Source of the DNA: Lobosporangium transversale | Taxonomy: Eukaryota | DNA length: 64,000 nucleotides | Reading direction: 5' to 3' | Assembly: GCF_002105155.1 (NCBI RefSeq) | Contig: NW_019028999.1 | Coordinates: forward strand, 62,001 to 126,000 | Part shown: positions 58,611-64,000 of the stretch, piece after piece | How the letters are laid out: each line of letters opens with the position of its first letter | Numbering within the stretch: the stretch's first letter is position 1 | Position numbers and translations under genes: made by a program | Notes under the pieces: model-generated | What the model saw: the letters and a program-made list of their open reading frames with translations, nothing else | What the model was told of the DNA's origin: nothing | Database searches by the model: none

Positions 58611-60729
58611 ATGAAACATCAAGCCATTCTCCTCCTTGGTACCGCATTGGCATGCTGCCTTGCCAATGCTGCCACCACCGAAGATCAGCTCAGTTCATCG
58701 TCGTCGTATCCATTTGGACGCTTCCTCCATATCACAGACATTCATCCGGACGAGAACTACATCAACGGAGGCGCGGTCTCTAGGTTATGTCACACGATTG
58801 CTGAAAATGAGGATGAGAGCCTCCGTGACGCCAACGTGCTTCGCCTTCGATGGAACCGGTATAGTACTGGTGCCCGTACTCGTGCCCTTACCCTCCAGAT
58901 GTCATCGGACCAGGCTTATAAAAGGTTGACGACAAATGCCAAGGCACAGCAACGATATCAACAACAAGGCAACATATTTAGTACTCGGTCTAGCATCATG
59001 GAAGGAGGGATACGCGAAGTTGGCATTGGGGGTTACTATGGGGCACCTAACACGATATGCGATACTCCTTTGACACTCGCAGACGCGGTGTTTAACTGGA
59101 TTGACAGCAACCTGTCGGGATCAATTGACTTCATCGTATGGACTGGAGATAATGCCAGGTAAAGAAATATGACACCAGATCCGCCGATCTGTGGTCTTGT
59201 GTGTAGAAGATCTTGATCCTTATTAACTTTTCGTTGAATGCCTCTGAAACGTCCGATTCTTTTTTTTTTTTTTTTTTTTTTTTTTTTCTTTTATATATAT
59301 ATATATATCAAAAAGGCATGACTCAGACAACACTTTCCCTCGTACACAGGAACAAATCTTTGCGATGAATTTCATCATGGCGAGACGTATGCTTACAACT
59401 TTTCCACCCAACTCTAAGGATGGAGAACGCCTCCCGATTGTACCTTCCATCGGCAACAATGATGTCTACCCCCACAACATCATGTTCCCGGGTCCGAATC
59501 CTATTCTAGACCATTACTTGGATATTTGGTCCGAGTTCATCCCTGAGAATCAAAAGGAGACTTTTCGCAAAGGAGGTTATTACTCCAAAGAAGTCATTCC
59601 AGGAAAAATCAGTGTCTTTGGCCTCAACACGTTGTATTTCTACATCCAAAACACCGCCGTGGATGGGTGCAAAAAGAAACACGAGCCTGGCACTAAACAA
59701 ATGGATTGGCTTCAAGCAGAGCTGAAATCCCTGAGGAAGCGTGGGATGGTAGCCTATTTGACAGGTCATGTGCCTCCTGAGAAGCACTCATACACAAGCT
59801 CATGTCATTCCAGATACACACAATTGGCGATTCAATATCAAGATGTAATCGTAGGTCACTTGTATGGCCATGCCAACATTGATCATTTCTTTATTCTTTC
59901 TCAAGCTGAGGATAGAAGCGATAAAGACGACAGCGAGGACTCTGAAGAAGAAGACGAAAATCGACTTGACGTGATGAACAAGATCGGTGGTGACCCTTTT
60001 CTCGAATTGGGCTTGACTTCATACCTTGAGGCACTTTGGGAGCAATATAAAGACATCTCCAAAAAATCGAAAGGAACTAACTACGCAGCTATTCAAGTCT
60101 CACCTTCTATTGTACCCAGTTACCAACCTACGCTGCGCGTGTTTACGTATGAGCTGGCAAATGACAAAAATCCCGATCCCACGCCTGACCAACCGCAGCC
60201 CGATGATGGCGATGATGAAGACAATGACGAAGACCAGGATGAGGAGGAGGATGGCCATAATGATGAGGAGGAAGGAGAGGAAGAGGAAGGGGAAGGGGAA
60301 GGGGAAGGGGAAGGGGAAGAGGAAGAAGAAGAGCTGGGCAATCCGGCATTTGGTGAGTACTTCAATATGCAATTAAACAACAATGTTGATAGAGCTATAG
60401 AGAAGAAGAAGCATAAGAAACATAAGAAGCATAAGAAGACTGTACCTCGTCCAGCGCCTGTGGACAAATTTGGGTATCCTTTGGGTTTTACACAATACTG
60501 GGCCAACCTAACTCAAGCGAACGAAGAGCTAACGCCACCTGAATTTGTGGTCGAGTATCGGACACGAGAGGATTATGGTCTGCAACATCTTGGAGTTACG
60601 GAATGGCTAGGCCTTGCACGCAGGATCACAGAGGAAAAGCCTTTGAAGAAGCAATATTTGCAGAGGATGGTGGTCCAAACTGGTGCGGAACATCGACTGA
60701 AACGAGAGTGGGATCTCGAGGACTGTTAG
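58611..60729 (+). CDS. PPN1: Endopolyphosphatase (calcineurin-like metallophosphoesterase); exons 58611-59158, 59316-60729
   Basis: GRFLHITDIHPD, WTGDNARHDSD, PSIGNNDVYPHN, TGHVPP, GHLYGHANIDHF, SPSIVPSYQPTLRVF, YWANLT; N-terminal hydrophobic signal. Confidence 0.9.
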
Positions 60730-61172
60730 ATATTAGAAAACAACAACAAAAGAGGCATCTTAGACTTTTTTTTTTTTTTTGTTTTTTTTTCATTAGAACC
60801 ATAATAAACAAATATCCCATCCTCTCTCTCATGAAACAAAAGAATAAAAGCACGGACGCGTATCATGCAAAAAAAAAAAAAAAAAAAAAAAAAGACGTTA
60901 CTGTTGTCTACCTACACATGAAGCACATGAAAGAAGCAAGAATGGATTTGCTATTAACGGCAAAACGCACGGTTCCACACTTGGGCTTATTCTTTCAATG
61001 ACCACATTTGAATCACAAGTCTTTTTTTTTTTTTTTTTTTTTTTTTTGGCCATGCTACTTTCTTTTTAGTGTCTCTGGCGCCTCATCTGTTAAAATAAAT
61101 GGTGTTTTTATTATTTGGTCATTTAAACCAGTGTTTGTATTGTGCCTAAGCAAGGAAAGAAGTAAAAGAAGG

Positions 61173-61209
<37 letters not shown>

Positions 61210-61333
61210 GAAAAGGAAGCGGATGAATGAATGGTTGATTAGGGTGTAAATGAAGAGAAACCACTATTAAACATTTCTAGTCAAAGGTACGCCCATCGAT
61301 ACACCGTTGGTTGTTGTCAGTAGAAGAAAGAAG

Positions 61334-61384
<51 letters not shown>

Positions 61385-61401
61385 TAAATAAAAGAATGCC
61401 A

Positions 61402-61608
61402 TTATTGTATCATGAGAGTACTCATGGCTAGACCATGCAACCCAAGAGCTGGATCTGTACTCTGTTCAAATGTCAAACACAACTTCAGTACTGGCAGAGA
61501 TTGAAGATTAAGATATCGAATGTTTTGAAGGATTGCCCTGTAATTCCCAGGGGTGAACGAACGGAGCCACCGCTCATTGTCTTCAGTATAAATCTATATT
61601 ACGATTAA

Positions 61609-61639
<31 letters not shown>

Positions 61640-62370
61640 AATCATATCATCAGCACAGACATTCAAAAAAAAAAAAAAAAAAAAAAAAAAGGAGAAAGCA
61701 TGTAAAGCTATGCTTTGTTCCAATTTATCTTACCCAATACAATAACTCCTCAAACCGACTTTCTTCAGGATCCATCAATGAGATAGTTAACTCTGGTAGA
61801 TCATCGTCCGAGTCATTACCGTCAGTATCCTGGCCTGGTTCTTCCTCATCATTTGGTTCATCAGAAGCAGAACCAGACCCAGGATCAGAGCCCTGCACAC
61901 TCATCAATGATGTCGGCTGAACATTATTGATTGTTCGCTGATTTATGCCTTGATCAATGTCTTTTGGAGGATGCTGCTGCTCCGGATAGAAATTCATCCG
62001 ACTGCTTTCACATCCATCAACATCATGGATGTCGGCAAGTGTAGAAGCCTGTCGATTAAAGACTTCATCGGCTGATGCATTAACAGCAAGGTTCGAGAGC
62101 GGGCCCCAGGCGTTGTTCGCGATCATATCATCGAAGATGTGTCGGAACGCTGAAGAACGAGACTAATTTATACATGTGGATAAAAACACATCATTAAAAA
62201 TAAAATAAAAAAAAGGCTTGTTTGTACTTGTGAAAATAATACTTTGCGTTGCTTTTTATTATTATTATTATTATTATTCTTATTATCATTTCTTTTTTTT
62301 TTTTTTTTTTTTTTTTCGTTGGTTGAGTTGATGGGGGATGATGATTGGAAGCACTACCCAATTATGGATG

Positions 62371-62408
<38 letters not shown>

Positions 62409-63019
62409 GGGTAGTCAAGTGAAGTAAAAGAAATATCTCTGCCCTTGAAAAGCAATGTAGATCTGTGGAAATCGACATGCAGCCAAAAGAATTGGATAGG
62501 ATAACTGCATAATGGGTGCTATGCACCGTCAAGGAACGGAAACAAAAAGAAAAGAAGCAATGCAACGTCCACAACAACAACAACAACAACAACAAAAAAA
62601 TTCTGTTTCGCAACGAATTGACGAAGAAAAGGTTAAAAAAAAAGAAGAAAGAAAGAAGAAAGAAAGAAAGAAAGGAAGGAAGGAAGGAAGAAGGAAGGAA
62701 ATAAAGAAAGAGAGAGGGCCTTATAACTTACAGCAAGCATCTGTACATGAACATGGAACCTCATACTGCCTACATTCAGGACACAATTGGCATCCTCACG
62801 CCTTCCATATAAGCTATCCCCGGTCTTTATCAATTGATTAGCAATCACATTCGCCATGTACGTGACAGGTGGAAGGTCAATGGAGAATTTAGTATATTCT
62901 ATGCTGGACATGTCGCTATCGCTTGAAGCACTCTCCAAATCAGTGTCGCTCTCATCATCAATCATCTCTAACTGAGTCTTGTAAGAGTGATCTTGCTTGA
63001 ATGATTGACAAACAGACAT
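61402..63019 (-). CDS. BTB/POZ-like domain protein; exons 62732-63019, 61734-62162, 61402-61593
   Basis: ANCVLNVGSMRFHVHVQMLASRSSAFRHIF and ISLMDPEESRFEELLYWIYTED are BTB elements separated by an acidic insert; exon lengths are multiples of 3. Confidence 0.75.
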
Positions 63020-64000
63020 GGTAAAAGCCAAGAAAGGAAGAAACAAAGGAGGGGGAAAAAAAATGTTGGCGAGTGTTGAAAGAGCGAGAATGGAATGAAA
63101 ATAGTGGGTGATAAACGTGAAGATGAAATGAGATGAATTAAGATCTGATATTCTAAGAACTTGGGGTATAACAACAACGGTACTTTTTCTTTCTTCTTTT
63201 TTTTTTTTTTTTTTTTTTTTGCGAAAGAGTGGAGTAACCAATAGGCATTGAAAACAAATAATAGGATGACAAAAAGTAAAGGAATATATTGATGATAACG
63301 TCCAAAAGAGGTGAATGAGTGAGGCTATAGGCTTAGTTCTTTTTTTTTTTTTTTGACTATGAACCTCCAGGACAGGGTCCTGAGAGAAAAAAAAATGAAC
63401 AATAATAATGTGGATGATGATGATAATAATAAAAGAATAGGAGAGAAGTAGGAGGGGAATATGAATAGGTTCGTAAGGCTTGAATGGAAACAAAGGGATG
63501 CAAAGTCGATGATAACCTGCTTCAGACACGAAAGAGATCTTTTTTTTTCACTATTATCATCACTATTATTGTCATTTAGATGCCTCTATAGGTCGATGCT
63601 TTTAATGTTTGGGCGAAAGACGCGAGCACATGAACGAGTGGACGTTGAACCGGCCGAAGAAAAAAAAAAAAAAAAAAAAAAAAGATAGACCGGGCAAATT
63701 CAGGTAGTTGTACAAGGAGGTGAAACGGAGAGAATAAAACGAGGATAGGTATCAAAACGGCACGAAAGCATTGAAGCGCCAGTTTGTTGAGAATAAAATC
63801 CCTTTCTGACAAAAAAACCTTTTTTTTTTTTTTTTTCCTCTTGAGGTAAAGTGGATGATCTTTACACTGCTCCACTCTTCTGTGGATAAAGCGAGGCAGC
63901 TGTCATGAATCGTTTTTTTTTTTTTTTTTTTTTTTTTTTTGGCACTTTTTGTTCAATTTATTACAAATATTTGTATACAATTTGGCTACACTGTCCGTCA

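Noticed and set aside
62633..63875. Long F/K/I-rich ORFs around and upstream of the BTB gene
   Set aside because: Products of homopolymer and low-complexity non-coding DNA; only 62732-63019 is BTB exon 1

Overview
Eukaryotic, intron-rich fungal DNA. Gene content (Rab18, CSN3, PHD-bearing Rsc7 homologue), short GT-AG introns and abundant long A/T homopolymers suggest an early-diverging fungus, possibly Mortierellaceae (inference only). I reconstructed 19 protein-coding loci by hand-splicing: an ER DnaJ (SCJ1-like), NF-YC/Hap5, a small low-complexity protein with FAM104/VCF-like helices, an ABCC/YOR1-type transporter, a degenerate Arf-like GTPase, an Rsc7/PHF10-like multi-PHD protein, three tandem actin genes, Rab18, CSN3, CreC/WDR20, a Bni4/Phactr-like PP1 regulator, a Cid1-family nucleotidyltransferase, a Nop13-like RRM protein, Rmd5/GID2, a GNAT acetyltransferase, endopolyphosphatase PPN1 and a BTB protein. 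The standout is the actin array at about 23.9-31.5 kb on the minus strand. It holds one canonical actin, one intact 368-aa paralog lacking most of the D-loop and carrying gene-conversion-like tracts, one paralog with two +1 frameshifts, and an orphan 3'-end relic. All three genes place the start codon on a predicted 4-nt AATG microexon. No tRNA, rRNA, CRISPR array or intact transposon was recognised. All family calls come from motif recognition by eye, not from database searches.
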